Shown here piece after piece: positions 37,081 to 49,391 of a stretch of DNA of 64,000 bases. The notes under the pieces are model-generated. The model made no database searches, was not told the DNA's origin, and saw only the letters and a program-made list of their open reading frames with translations. The stretch is from Amoebophrya sp. A120 (Eukaryota; Protista; Dinoflagellata). Positions within the stretch are counted from its first letter, which is position 1. Each line of letters starts with the position of its first letter. Both the position numbers and the translations under genes were made by a program. Location: assembly GCA_905178155.1 (NCBI GenBank), contig CAJINV010000001.1, forward strand, positions 12,763,686 through 12,827,685. The letters are read 5' to 3'.

Positions 37081-37355
37081 CGAGTAGATGCCCCCTCCGT
37101 GGCAAGCAAGCTATCGCATCCCGCGAGGCGAGGCTCCACCCGTTGTAGCGGAGAAGGCTACACAATTGGACTCGGTCAAAGCAGCCACCTCATCAGGAAT
37201 GGCGTCCAGATCTGGCTAGAAATGGCCCCCAAGTCAGCCCAGAAAAAGATATCGCGAATGTGGCGAAAAACAAAACAAAAAACTGCAAAAAGCTACTTTG
37301 CGTCGACGTCGGGGTCGCCAGCGCTCTCTTCTACCTAGTCATTTTTTTTCTCATT

Positions 37356-38396
37356 TTACTTTTCGCGAAGACTTGTGCCGGTGACCGTCATTTTGCGAAG
37401 CTCTTCTGTGCGCTCTCGCACTCTCTCGCGCATTTTTGCGACGCGGGGGCCGGGGTTGTTCTCGCTCTCTTCCTTGTCACGTGCTGCAGCCTCACGCCAC
37501 GCGGAATCTACGTCAACACGTGTTTCGCCAGGGCGTTCTGGCGGGGCCAGGAGCTGGCTCGGGATGATGCGCCGTTGTTTTTCCTTGCTCGGGGACTGGC
37601 TCAGAAGTAAATTTTCCCAACCGAACATGATTTTGTAATACACGTATCCGGAGAATTCTCGCGCCCCTTCATTTGCTTGCCAGCCTGAAGGCCTGAACTC
37701 CTGTGCCTGATTTTCCCCACCAAAAAAATTTTTAGGGGAGGCGAAACACATGAGCGCGAAACACGGATAGCGGCGGAGCATCTTTGCGCCACCCGCGGCG
37801 TCCTTGGTGGAGTCCGACAAAGAACAGGAGTTGTCGGGCTTCGCTGCTGGGACGCAGGCAAATTCCTGCAGGCATTTCCGAAGGCCGTCGTGTAGATGTA
37901 AAAGTGGCGCATTTCTTTCCTGTGCGAGCGCACAGGCGAATTTTCGGTTTTTTTGCAACAAGATTCTTACGACTTTCTCGGAATTGTCGCTGGGCTCCAG
38001 AAGTGCACCGCGAAGCTCTTCGATGTCGTTTTTCTCGATTATCGCCCTGTCCGTTGCGTCAAACCATATTCGTCTTTCTGTTTGGCGAAGCCGCTCGCGG
38101 TCCTTTTCGTGAACATTAACTAGATGTTGATCATGCCCGGGATCACTACAAACAGGATTATTCGCGGGGAACAAGACGCACTGGTTCTCAAGGTCTTGCT
38201 CGATCGCTTTAAGCTGCCCGTGCGCACCGTCCAGCGATGATGTGCTCTGCCGAGTATACGTTGCAAATGATTTAGGACCTGTGTCCCGACCAAAAAAAGA
38301 ATGACGCGCGCGCTTCTCAAGGTGAGCGGTAAAGCCTCTCACATACTGTATTGTAATTCTCAGTGGTAAATTATTCTGTAGTAGTGGTAAAACCAC
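37356..38396 (-). CDS. Cys-motif repeat protein, C-terminal segment (probable last exon of the giant gene)
   Basis: FACALAQERNAPLLHLHDGLRKCLQEFAC...CFASPKNFF...FSGYVYYKI is one copy of the repeated domain and is near-identical in motif to the first copy in ORF 39241-40911. Confidence 0.7.
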   Translation of the reverse strand: MVLPLLQNNLPLRITIQYVRGFTAHLEKRARHSFFGRDTGPKSFATYTRQSTSSLDGAHGQLKAIEQDLENQCVLFPANNPVCSDPGHDQHLVNVHEKDRERLRQTERRIWFDATDRAIIEKNDIEELRGALLEPSDNSEKVVRILLQKNRKFACALAQERNAPLLHLHDGLRKCLQEFACVPAAKPDNSCSLSDSTKDAAGGAKMLRRYPCFALMCFASPKNFFGGENQAQEFRPSGWQANEGAREFSGYVYYKIMFGWENLLLSQSPSKEKQRRIIPSQLLAPPERPGETRVDVDSAWREAAARDKEESENNPGPRVAKMRERVRERTEELRKMTVTGTSLREK

Positions 38397-39240
38397 TCCT
38401 ACACCCCCAGTGACGTTTCGCCGCCCGCTTTAGCAGCGCCCGGCCACCAGGGGGGAGTTTGCCGTTGGCGTCGCCTCTTGCCGCTGGCATTCAAGATCAA
38501 GCGCCATTACCTCCTCATCCATGGCACTAGACCTAATCTCCGACCAAAAAAAGAAATGCTGTACAGCCTATCAAGAGTTCACCACCAAAAATAAAGTATC
38601 GCGAACATGCTTGGGCCCCAACATATCCCGCATCTCGATACCCCACGGCCACTTGCTTTGACGTTGTTCCACGGCGTAGCAGAGCGCATTCAGCAGGTGC
38701 AGATATCACATATGTATGACAACATATAAACTTCCACCAGGCCGTTATTTCGCCACAGCCAATTGCCATTGCGCTAAAAGGATGCAGCGTGGTTTTTTGG
38801 CAAAAAAGGCGGGCCCTAGAGGTGGAGGCCGGTTTGGCAAACGACTTTGATCACTGGGCGCTGGCGCAGGCGGGCTGGGGCCGTCTAGGCTTCTGCCGCA
38901 GCGATTTTGACCTCCGCCACCCCATCCGCTACCACGACGAGCAACTGACCCTTTCTGGCCGGAGCCGGGTGCCGTGCCAGACATGACCACCAAGGGCCAG
39001 CTCACTTGAAGTGAGCAGGGCCGTTGCGCATTATTTTGGGTGATGTACTCCATCGCCCAAAATGGCAAACCCCAACAACCAACCCGGCCCTCTCTGGGAA
39101 GTGCAAAGCGCGCGGCACTTCTGACGCGGAAGTGACGCGCGTGCGACGTAGGTAGGAGGCGTCACGGGGCACACTTCTTGCATGCCTGGCGGGTGCATGG
39201 TGTTTCTATTAATTTGGCACTTATCACCAGAGCCGGCAGT

Positions 39241-40911
39241 CTATAGCGTGGAACGGCATAAAGCAATGGCATGACACGCCTCCAAGAGAAGGCCATCGAA
39301 CACAGGTCCAATCCCTGGCGCTCGCGTTTGATACGCTGCACTGATAGACGCCCGTGCATCTATGATCTGCGGCCCATGGGTAATTTTGTAGAAAAAGGAC
39401 CCAAGGTCTGCACGAGGGCCAGACTTTGCGCCCCCCACATCGTCTTCACTCTTCGGGAAATCGAAGTTCGCAGCGGAAGATAGGCAGGACTGGGAATGGC
39501 GGCCGCGTCCTTCTCGCAGTTCTGTGCCGCCATTCAGTGCAGACGTCGACTCTGCGGCTCCTGCGGCTACTTGGCCGCCATCTGTTGCCTGGGGGCAGCC
39601 TTCGGCGGCAAGGCATTTGCGAAGCCGGGGCTGGTCTTTCACAAGCCAATCATGATCAAGCAAAAATCCGCAGCTCTCCGGGTCCTGAAAAAGCGACACC
39701 AGTTTCTCCGAAGAGTCTAGGATTGCTTTCAGATCCGAATTCACTCTAACAAGAGATAGCAGCTGTGCGTTGGAAGCCTCCCGAAGAGCTTCGCGTCGCG
39801 TCTTGAACGCTTGTCGGGGCGCATCGATGTCCGCAAAAGCAGAAAACACGGCACCTGAGTAGAGCTCGAGGTTCAACTCCGTGCCTTGCGCGCTGAGGTA
39901 CTTCAACGGTTGTTCGAACTTGCGAGTAAAGAACTTATCGGGCGTGAGGCACTGCCTGACTCCTTCATCTCCATTACCAGTCTGGTCGGCTTTTGATGCT
40001 TCCAAGCAGCGGGTCACATCAGGGTGTTCTCGTAGGAGACTTGCTAGTACAGTGTCGGCGTTATCCAAGGATTCCAACCAGAGATGTCTGAAAAGTGGGA
40101 GCCCGGAGCGTTTTGCCTTTGTGCGCGCAAGCGCTTCAATTTGTTTCCATACCGGATCAACGCTTGTCCTCATATGCTCAATCCTTGCGATACGGTTTTC
40201 TGCCTCCGCCTCGCGCTGCCACTCTGCGTCGCTGGTGGGCTGTGTCCCCATGACGAGGAGGCTCATAGTCGCTTTGAGCCGCGTGGCCCTCTCGCTTTTG
40301 GCATCTTCTCGCTGAATTTCCAAGCCATCCGCGATTTTCAAGTACAGGTACCCGGAGTAGTTGCGCTCTTGTTCTGCTGATGACCGCGAGCCTTCCCCTT
40401 TGTTGGTGCCGACATTAACATTTAGGGCGCCGTGGAGATCCGCATCAAAATACAGCTGTGGAAGGGAAAAGCACTCGTCCATCACGTTGGACGAGACTGA
40501 GTGGAAGTGCTTGCCCTGTTGATCCACATCTTTAGGAGTCCGCTGCAGCTCACCGCAGGCGACACGCTTGAGGCACTTTCTCAGGGCAGCGTGTGCTTTC
40601 AAAAGTGGGGAGTTCCGATTCTGTGCAAGGGCACAGGCGAACTCCGGGCTTGATTCTTCCAAAAATTTGACAACGCGCAACCTCGAGACCTCGCTTATAT
40701 CTGGCGCGCTGTCCAATAACAGATTTCGAAACTCGGCAATTTTCGATATCTCCTCCCTTGCTGCAGCAAGGGCCCGCGCGCCCGCTTCTCCCGATGGCGC
40801 CGGGTCCCACGCACAAAAATGAACGAGCTCGCGTGCGATTGCAAATTCAGATTGTTTGTCCTCCTCGCTCCGCTTTTGTTTGCTGACCGGATCCGGCTGC
40901 CGAATATACAC
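39241..40911 (-). CDS. Cys-motif repeat protein segment (3 domain copies)
   Basis: HAALRKCLKRVAC..CFSLPQLYF..YSGYLYLKI; HPDVTRCL..CLTPDKFF; QPRLRKCLAAEGC..CLSSAANF..GSFFYKI. Confidence 0.75.
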   Translation of the reverse strand: MYIRQPDPVSKQKRSEEDKQSEFAIARELVHFCAWDPAPSGEAGARALAAAREEISKIAEFRNLLLDSAPDISEVSRLRVVKFLEESSPEFACALAQNRNSPLLKAHAALRKCLKRVACGELQRTPKDVDQQGKHFHSVSSNVMDECFSLPQLYFDADLHGALNVNVGTNKGEGSRSSAEQERNYSGYLYLKIADGLEIQREDAKSERATRLKATMSLLVMGTQPTSDAEWQREAEAENRIARIEHMRTSVDPVWKQIEALARTKAKRSGLPLFRHLWLESLDNADTVLASLLREHPDVTRCLEASKADQTGNGDEGVRQCLTPDKFFTRKFEQPLKYLSAQGTELNLELYSGAVFSAFADIDAPRQAFKTRREALREASNAQLLSLVRVNSDLKAILDSSEKLVSLFQDPESCGFLLDHDWLVKDQPRLRKCLAAEGCPQATDGGQVAAGAAESTSALNGGTELREGRGRHSQSCLSSAANFDFPKSEDDVGGAKSGPRADLGSFFYKITHGPQIIDARASISAAYQTRAPGIGPVFDGLLLEACHAIALCRSTL

Positions 40912-41328
40912 TGAAACACGACCAAAATCTGGGCAGGCTCTTTAGGTCTGACCTTGCTGCAGTGCCGAGAATGGCAGAAAACATACGAGGCATTTGCCAA
41001 TAACGATAGAGGGCTCTCGCAGAGCTGTTTGGGCTACGTCCTCGCCGCCAAGATGAGCCGGAAAGGGCAGGCACACATCCGCAAATCTTGCGGGCTACTA
41101 GACGAAACAAGCACATACAACAAGACCAAGAGATGAAAGTAAGTAAGCTGGCGCAACGCCACTCCCTCCTTCGCTTGTTTCAACACGTCCAGCCGTGGTG
41201 TCTGTGCCAATGCCAGTCGGCACACGAATGGAGGAGGCAAGGACGAAACCGAAACGCCGGCCCGTCGAATATCACAGATGCCTCAAGAACTAAGTACCCC
41301 TATCTCGTGGCAGAAGCAATGCAATTTC

Positions 41329-42917
41329 TTAAGGATAAGGAAGAGGCGCTCTCGCATTACAGAGCAATATATGCTCCAGCAACAGATAGGCAATATCATA
41401 AACCTGAGCCGCGACCCAGACCCCGAGCCGACGCACTTGCGTGTGATAATGTGCTCGCCTGCGCACCGCTTGATCTTCAAGCTCCAGCAGTGCTGACCCA
41501 CCAGTGATTTTGTAATAAATTACACCAAAAAGTGACTCAGTCAGATGGTAGTATGGAACTCCCGCAAGGTTCAAGGATTTCTGGTCAGTTTGTCTTGCAC
41601 TTATTGATGCGTCGGCACTCGCCGGGCTTCCCATAGGGACAACGAAGTTCGCTGCGGAAGAAAGGCAGGGCGTGGAGTAGCCACTTAGTGCAGGCGGATG
41701 AACTGTGGCCACGGTGACTGCTTCGCCGTCTGCTGCCTGGGGGCAGACTTCGGCGCGAAGGCATTCGCGAAGCAGTGGCTGCACTTTCAAAAGTGGGTGA
41801 TCAAGTAAAGCCTGGCAGCTCTCCGAGTCCAAAAAAAGCTGCGCAAGCTTTTTCGAAGAGTCCAATATTAATAGGGCGTCCGTCTCCGTCTGGGTCTGCG
41901 CCTGATTCAACCCCGAAGTGGTTCCGACAAAAGCATAAGCAGCTAACTGTGCCCAGGTTACCTCCTTAACTGCCTCTCTCCGTGTCTGTTGAGGTGGGGG
42001 AGGAATGGCCGCATACTGGGGCCTCTGCGCAAGGTTATAAAAAAGCTGACCTGCAGGGTTATCACAAAACTGATCTGTAACCCCAACTCGTGCAGGCTCA
42101 AGTAAATATCGGGTGCCTGAGACACCCGGCGGCTTTGTTGCAGCCCCGTCCAGCTTGATGTTTTGGCGTCTTGCTATCTGAAATTTCTTCGTAAAGAAGC
42201 GCTCGCGGCCGAAACATTCCGGGGTGCCGAGACTGTGCTTCACCAAGCAGGATGTGACTTCCGGATGTTCGTCTACGAGCGGGAATAGGCTCCAGGCCGT
42301 CGCGGTTAGCCTCGCGTGGCCGAGCCAAAGTCTTCCGGCTTCATCTGCATTTCCGACTGCGATTCTGGCCTTGCGAAGCTCGTCGAAGTCTGCCGCTGCC
42401 AGGTGTTTGCGAAAGTCGTCGAGCTCTAACAAGAGCGCTTCTTCAGTGTTGCTCGGTGCATAGGAAAAGACATGGCCTCGGTTTTGATGAGCCACTTCGA
42501 GAATCCGCCTCCGCTCGCCGACAGCATAACTTTTTGCCTTTTCCCAATACTCGGCGAACATGTCGCTACTGAGCGTAACGCTCATGAGCGACCGGGTCTG
42601 GGGGCCACGAGGTGTTTTTTGCGCGGCTTCTTCTTCGCTTTTCGCCGGGGCATGCCAGTCGGGGAGGCCGTCAAGCAATCTCTCCGGAAGGGGGGCCGCA
42701 GTCTTCAAAAACAGAAAAAGTGCGCGCGTGTCCGCTTCCGTGTCCGCTTCCGTATCCGCTTCCGTATCCGCTTCCGTGTCCGCTTCCGTGTCCGCTTCCG
42801 TGATTGGCGTATTCCGCCGTCCCTCTTCCACTCCTGTCCCGCGCTCCCGCTCTGCGGTGTCATCGAAAGAAGAACCGAAAAACATCGACGGCGCAAAGCA
42901 CTCCGCTCGGGGGAGAT
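41329..42917 (-). CDS. Cys-motif repeat protein segment (2.5 domain copies, TEAD tandem repeat)
   Basis: The frame extends upstream of the ORF start to LPRAECFAPSMFF, then HPEVTSCL..CFGRERFF and QPLLRECLRAEVC..CLSSAANF..GVIYYKI. Confidence 0.75.
42729..42802. repeat. 12-bp coding minisatellite x6 (encodes TEAD repeats on the minus strand)
   Basis: TCCGCTTCCGT(G/A) repeated six times. Confidence 0.9.
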
Positions 42918-42922
42918 AACCA

Positions 42923-44016
42923 TATGCACTGCAACCACATCAATGCCAGGGACAGCTTGAATTCAAGGCCTTTCTGTTTTTTTCAACGGGGGAGGCGGCA
43001 GACTACCATCTCCCTATGGCTCGGGATCGGCAACAACATGGCTGCATGAGCGAAAAAACGGGCCGTTGACTGCATGAGCGAAAAAACGAAACTGGCTGCA
43101 GTTTGTCTCAGCTCTGTCCCGGTATGCTCACGAAATACCCAATCAAGGGCGTGACGCTCACCACCCTAACGCGTGCGTCCCAGCGCGCGCTGGAAATGCA
43201 AATGGAGCTGCACACGAGAATAGGCCTGAAGCGAAGAGGCTTGAAGAGAAATTGGGAAACTCTAAATGGAACATACGAGAACGTCTCAATTTCCGCCGTG
43301 CTGCTACACCACGGCGCAAATGCATACACTCTTCAAGCCTAATAGTGCAGCAGAGAACTTTCTTTTGCCGCTTGCTCAACATGCGCGGGAAATTCGCCAA
43401 AAACTTTAATCACACGCACTTGGCCGCAATCGCCCGCCCTGCCTGGCTTTCACTGAGAAGTGCCCGGCGGGCCCGGTAATCCGAACTGGGGGCGCGGGCG
43501 GCTGGGTGCGTGCGAGAACCCCTGCGGCGCACCACGTCTTTCCATGTACTTACTTATGTAAACGAGGTGTTGGGCCGGGGTCGCCGCACGCCGGAAATAA
43601 GCTCGAAACCCGGCATCACGAATCCGCACAGAGGCTATCTTCCACCCTGCGCTGGCGATAGGGCGATGCCACTACAAAAAATAGAAAGGAGCTCCCCACA
43701 GAGCGGCCCATAGCCATAGTCTCGGGACACCTTTGTCGCCTATTGATAATAAATCTGCTGAGCAGATGGACAGCTTCAGGGCTGTCTGGTGCGCCGCCAA
43801 TACGTGGGGTTCAGGGCGCCCCCACACACCCAGGTCCGGACACCGACACGCCATGCACAAGAAGAAAATAAGTAGCAAAAAAAGCTTTCGGCGCGCTGCC
43901 TTTTGCCTTCACAGTGAGCAGTTTAGTATGTACAGCACGTCCCGCTATCAAAAGAAGAAGCGACACGAGGGTCCACGCCTCTTCCCCGACCCTGACATCA
44001 TTCGTGGCAGTTGATA
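42923..44016. mobile_element. 1.09-kb TAT...ATA introner in the Cys-motif gene
   Basis: TATGCACTGCAACCACATCAATGCC / rc TATCAACTGCCACGAATGATGTC. Removal + 5 nt fuses two ORFs in frame and completes a domain: HPLLGLCLIRRC...DGPAFHLPRAECFAPSMFF. Flanks are diverged. Confidence 0.7.
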
Positions 44017-45787
44017 GAAACGCTGGACCGTCTTGTGCGCGTCGGTACAAGGGAGCAAATTTGTTGCTGTTTTGTTCCTCTTCCGGCAGCGACTGCAGGA
44101 GTCCACATCTTCTGATGAGACACAGACCCAAAAGTGGGTGCGTCTTGAAGAGCGTGACCAGCCACCTCTTATCTGCGCCGGGGTTGTTGTCTGAGACAAA
44201 AGCGTGGCACTGATTTTCGTCCATCAAGAAACTTCGCAAGTACTCATTCTTCGTTCCGGGAGCTCCCTGCTCCCACAAGTGCTCGCTCAGCAATCGAACG
44301 CTGAAGGTCCTTTGGCCCAGCCATACGTCTAGGTCCTTTCGTCGCGGTAGTCTTTCTTTGTATTGCTTATCAAAAGCGATTGTTTCTACTACGCGACCAT
44401 GTTCTCCATCTGCTTCACGAGCAAGCCGCGATTGTTGAATTGCATTCCAGCGCGCATTTAGTCGACTCGCTAAAGACCAGCTATCTAGAACTCGATCCAC
44501 CGCTCTGTGAAAGTCTCCAAGCTTATAGCGAAGGAAGCCCGGGGCATCAAGAATTGCGCTGTCGATGAAAGATATTTGCGGTAGTAAGACGCCCCGTAGT
44601 TCCTCTGCCACGCCAAGTCCCCTGTCCTCGAACAAGTGGTTCCGCAGGTGGGAGATGATTGGCAGTTTTTGAATCAGAGCTTCGGCGCTTTCGCTTTGTT
44701 CCGTTTTCTCGCCACTTGCGGAATCAGGACCACAGATTTGGCCCAGGAGGTGTGCTTGCTGCGTCTTGTCCTCTGCGTTGATGTCTTGTGTCTTGTGACG
44801 CTCAATTTCGTGCTCCAGGTGTCCCTTCCAGTCGAAGACGTCTCGCAAAAAACGACCAACCACCTTGCGTGCTTCCCCAGGAACCGCAGCCAGCCGATGC
44901 AGTGGGGGCTGCTGTTGACGAACAGCATCAACATCATCTGGCAGCCCTGGGAAACGTTCAAGGCTTTGATAAACTCTTTGGCTCCACAGGGTGTGTAGTT
45001 TGTGTGGCACAACGTCCTCGTCGGCGTCAAAACCGGGTTTGTCGTCGAGGGAAAAGACGGGTTTACTTTTTAGAAGCCGAAAGTCTGCCGCGTAAGCTGT
45101 GTCTTGAACTTGATGTGCCTGAACTTCACTTACACCTCCGCGCTGCACTTTGATTTCCTTTTCCTCTGAGAGGTCACTGAGCACAGCGTTAATATCTTTG
45201 ATGCGAACTTCCAGCGCGGTCACTTGCTTAGCCCATTTCGCACCGAGTGCGTCACAATGCTCACGGTAGCTTTGCCAATCTTCGAGCAGACCCGTCATCG
45301 TTTTGCAGACTACTTGCTCAGTCCGCCGCAGTACAACATCATACCCATTTGGCTGTCTTGACACCGGCTCCAAACCCGGAGTTGTAAATACTGTTTCGTC
45401 AATGCTGAGGATAGCCATCCGGAGTCGGTGTCGTAAATTCTCTGTTTCGGTATTCCTGTCGTGGATCAGCGAGCTCCTCAAGCTGGTGATTAGGGGCATG
45501 CCTTGCATTACGGTAATGTCGTTCTGAAGCAGCTTCTGTACTAGATCTTGATCAGGTGCATTGCCGGGTTCATTTCTGCTTGCAGTCGAAAGCCGATTGC
45601 GAAGCTGCGATGTCTCTCCTACCAGACTGTCTGTCTCTGGTTCTCCACTGTTGATGAGAGGCTGCAATGCTGTTCCAGGTATCATCACGAGTTCCGACAA
45701 TGGTTTGTTGACCCGGTCGTCGTTACCGTAACTCTGCGTGAGCTTCAGGAACAGATACCCTGCGTTCAATTTCGTCTTGCTCATGGA
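44017..45787 (-). CDS. Cys-motif repeat protein segment
   Basis: Begins with the domain tail NAGYLFLKL and ends with the domain head NQCHAF..FKTHPLLGLCLIRRC. A phase-0 GT-AG intron 45788-46672 could link it to the upstream ORF. Confidence 0.7.
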
Positions 45788-46672
45788 CTGAAAAAGCCAG
45801 GAAACAAAGAGGCGGCTGAGAGAGTCAGGATAGTGTGACTAATATGCTGCTTACGCCTCCTAGCGAATGCAAAAACGATGTCGATGGCTTGTACTTGTCG
45901 CTTCTATCAAAAAATAAATAGTGGCAAAGAAATCCGCCATTGTATTGCAATCCAGAACAATCCGTGAAAAGCAAAAGCCCACATTTGAATCGGCAGCTGA
46001 TGCGGTTGCGGATTGAGTTGTAAGTAGTGTGAACTTGATGTTGTTCCTGTTCGGTTTCGGGAGGACTCACTAAAGGAGCTCTGCCAAATTTTGCATGAGC
46101 TAAAACCTCGCCACACGTTCTGTACATCTAGTACTTACAGACTGAAAAAGAAGCAGGCAGGGAACGCTTCGACGAATTTTCAATGTGCGTCTACGCTAGA
46201 GAAGAGCAGTGACTCCACAACTACGGTGAAGTTTGTATTATTTATTTGGCGCGATGAGCTCAACAGCGCCAAGCAATCTATCGCAATTTAGCAGCCCTCG
46301 GGCTCATCATCAGCGTTTTAGTTGCTCCCACGACGATGATAATGGATTACAGATGACCAATTTTGGCGTGCAGTCCATTTCATCGTAGAGACCGGGCGCT
46401 TTTGGCATGCTAGTAGGGAACGGCCACAGCCTGAGAGTGAGGCCATTGCCTAATATTAAACATTGCTCTTTTCTGCTGCTGCTGGTTGTTTTTTGCATTC
46501 TTTTAGACGCACGCACTGTGGTGCTGAATTCAAATTTATTGCGCTTTTCTGATTTTCATTCTTAGTACTTCTTTGCATATTTTTATGGTAAATACAGACA
46601 TGTCTGGAAGGTGAAGACTATGACGCCTCTCTCAGGCCGACACTTGTAAGACCCAAGCATCCTCATCATAAC

Positions 46673-48161
46673 ATCTCTGGCTCCGAGGTTGCGGGTAAAA
46701 AAGTTTTTTGGTTTCAAACAGGAGTCCACGGTTATCCGATCCTGAATGGTGGTGCTGGCTTCTGGTTCTGATTTTGCCGGAGGCTGGCACTCAAAGGACG
46801 TTGTAAGGCACAACCGAAGGTCCTGATGCTCACTGAAGATCTCACTGCGCAGTAAGGACTCACAGTTGTTTTTCAGATCTTTGATGACCGCGTTCGCGTT
46901 GTATACATCCTCTGCAACCAGCTTATTGAAAGAATCTTGAAGCTGGACAGCTCTATTGCTTGGTGCGGTCGTGGCCACCTGGCTTTCCGGTGATGAAGCA
47001 GGCGCCAGGTGGAGCTGCTGTGTAACCGCCACCGCAGCTTGTTTATTTGGCGACAGGGACAGAAGCTGCAGTTTCAGAGTTTCGCGCGGAATACTGCCTG
47101 GTCCCGTGTGCGCGTTCACGACCTTCGCAATCTCAGAAATTTGGTGATCGATCAAAGGCTTAGCCGCTCTCAGATATTCCTCGTGCTCCAATTGCTTTTT
47201 TTTTTGCTCTTTAGTTAGCTCCTCTATCAAAGTTCCTTGCCGCTTCACTTTTGCCACTACCGTGCGAACGTCTTTCCCTTGAAATCCCTTCCGAACCTCG
47301 TCCATTATGTATTCATAGCGATTCGGTTTCCCGGGGCCGCCGTACTTTTCAGGCATTTTCTCAAGTTCGTCGAGGTTGAAGCACAACCGTTTGTGCTCGG
47401 CATTTGGATCCTCTTCGAGATCAGGAAGCGCCCACTCCTCGCCGCCATACCGTATTCTATCGTTGAGGTCCTGGACCGCATATTTCGACCACTCTTCGTC
47501 TCCGTAGTTTTTCCTGTTGTCAAACCAACGCTTCCAGTTTACTTGTGACCTGTGTCTCAAATATATGGTCGCGGCAAGCTGCCGTTGTTCCTCCTTGTTT
47601 TTTCTCGATGCAAAAGCATCGTCTGCTCCGATGACAAGTTCAACTGCAAGTAGGAAATTCATTGGTTCGAGTACAGGGTCGTCGCCACCGCCAGAGGTCG
47701 TCATCTTGCTTTTGTCGCCAGTTGTGAAAAAATTCTCTGGCTTGAAGCAGCGGAGGTCATCTCGATCCTGGCTTTCTTGGTACTTCGTTGTCCCTTTCTC
47801 GTACTTCGTTGTCCCCTTCAGAACAGTGCTCGTGGCCAGCATCTGGCCCTCCTTGGTCTGGCATACGGTGGCGACAAGGCAGTCGCGGACTCGTTGGTGG
47901 TGGTGTGCAATAGGGTCCGCATCGTCCTTCAGCCGAAGCCACAGCGGTGTGCCGTCACTGCCACCTTCCGCTTCGACGCGGTCAGCTGGAAGCACATCTG
48001 CGCCACCTTCCAACAAAGGACAGTGGGTAGCATCTCGCAAAAAGTTAACAGCCACAGGGCCCTGATTGGTTGGGGTGAGGCCCTCCCAGCGTTGCCCTTG
48101 CACGGGTGTGAAGATGAGTTCTCGAAAAGCATGTAGCTGCGCCAACTGTAATGCTCCTTTT
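46673..48161 (-). CDS. Cys-motif repeat protein segment (2 domain copies)
   Basis: HQRVRDCLVATVC..CFKPENFF; NCESLL..HQDLRLCLTTSFEC..CLKPKNFF. Confidence 0.75.
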
Positions 48162-48166
48162 CGGGC

Positions 48167-49391
48167 TATGCATTGCAAATATGTCTTTATGCAGGTCAGA
48201 GTAAAAAATAAAAAATTGTCATGCCAAGAAACAGACCGCGCTAGCTAGGGCTAGGACTACCGCTTCCAGGCCGGGGGTGCGGGTGGTAAAAAAGGATCCA
48301 TGGCTTGCACCACGGAATGCACAAGCACAACCTCTATCGTAATCCTAAAAAACAGGAGCGCAACACACGACTTTGCGTTTGCGTCCCCCGGATGGACGCT
48401 CATCAGGGCGAAATAGAATCGCATGAAACTGTGATGGTGTCCTTTTGCAAACGGCCGCAGATGGTTTTCCTTTTCGCGACCGGAAAATGAAATAGGCGGA
48501 CGCCGAAGCGCCATTGCTATCGTAATCCGTCAACATCTCCCGGCGACTGAAGTGGCTTTTTCTTGTCAGCCGCCACTTTTGTGTGCCGATCTATTTTTTT
48601 TTTCGAGCTCAGTCTCGTTCTCGGACTAGCATCTGTGTGGGCGGATTCCAGAGTGGAAAAAGGTCATCCAAGGTGCCCCTACGAAACTTACTTCGCTATT
48701 TTCTATCGTACTTCATCTTCGTCTACTAGGTAAAGAAAATGTAAATCATACTGATTGTATTTGTATTTGTACGTGGGCCAAGAAAAAATGCAAAAGCGTC
48801 CACAATCATAACCATTAACCTAAGTATAGTACTCCGAAAGAAGTTTTTCTAATAATATAATTATTTTGCTTTACCTTTATCCGCCCCCCCGGGCTACCAA
48901 TACTTAGCGTAGCGTCCACAATCATAACCATTAACCTAAGTATAGTACTCCGAAAGAAGTTTTTCTAATAATATAATTATTTTGCTTTACCTTTATCCGC
49001 CCCCCCGGGCTACCAATACTTAGCGTTAGCACATACGTTTACGTCTGTACTGAGAAATAGAGATAAAGTCCCCGCCAGTAACATTTGCCATGCGTGTACC
49101 GTAGGACGCAGGACGAGGACCACACGAAATTCCTTACACCCGCATCACCACCAGAGTGAAACAAATCCGCAACAGTTTCTGGGATGCAGCGTACGACGTT
49201 CACGTTCTCATGCCAAAAGTGAATGAGTTTGAGTCTGAAAACGAAACTAAAAGAGGTAAGTAACGTGCTCTGCTCTCATGCCGTACAAGCACTCTAGCTG
49301 CATGCAATCCAATGCAAGAAAAAGAATGAGCGGACACAAATCTTTCGCATTTTTTGTCCCGACCTGCTCCGTGACACATTTGCAGTGGATA
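48167..49391. mobile_element. 1.2-kb TAT...ATA introner (family-1-like ends)
   Basis: TATGCATTGCAAATATGTCTTTATGCAGG / rc TATCCACTGCAAATGTGTCACGGAGCAGG; flanks cgggc/tgtgc. Removal + 5 nt joins ORF 49247-49603 to ORF 46583-48178 in frame (KRALPIAQKGALQL). Confidence 0.8.
48795..49026. repeat. Perfect 116-bp tandem duplication
   Basis: The unit AGCGTCCACAATCATAACC...TACTTAGCGT starts at 48795 and again at 48911. Confidence 0.95.

Noticed and set aside
36536-37165. Phe-rich and Lys-rich ORFs
   Set aside because: Translation artefacts of the A-rich low-complexity tract.
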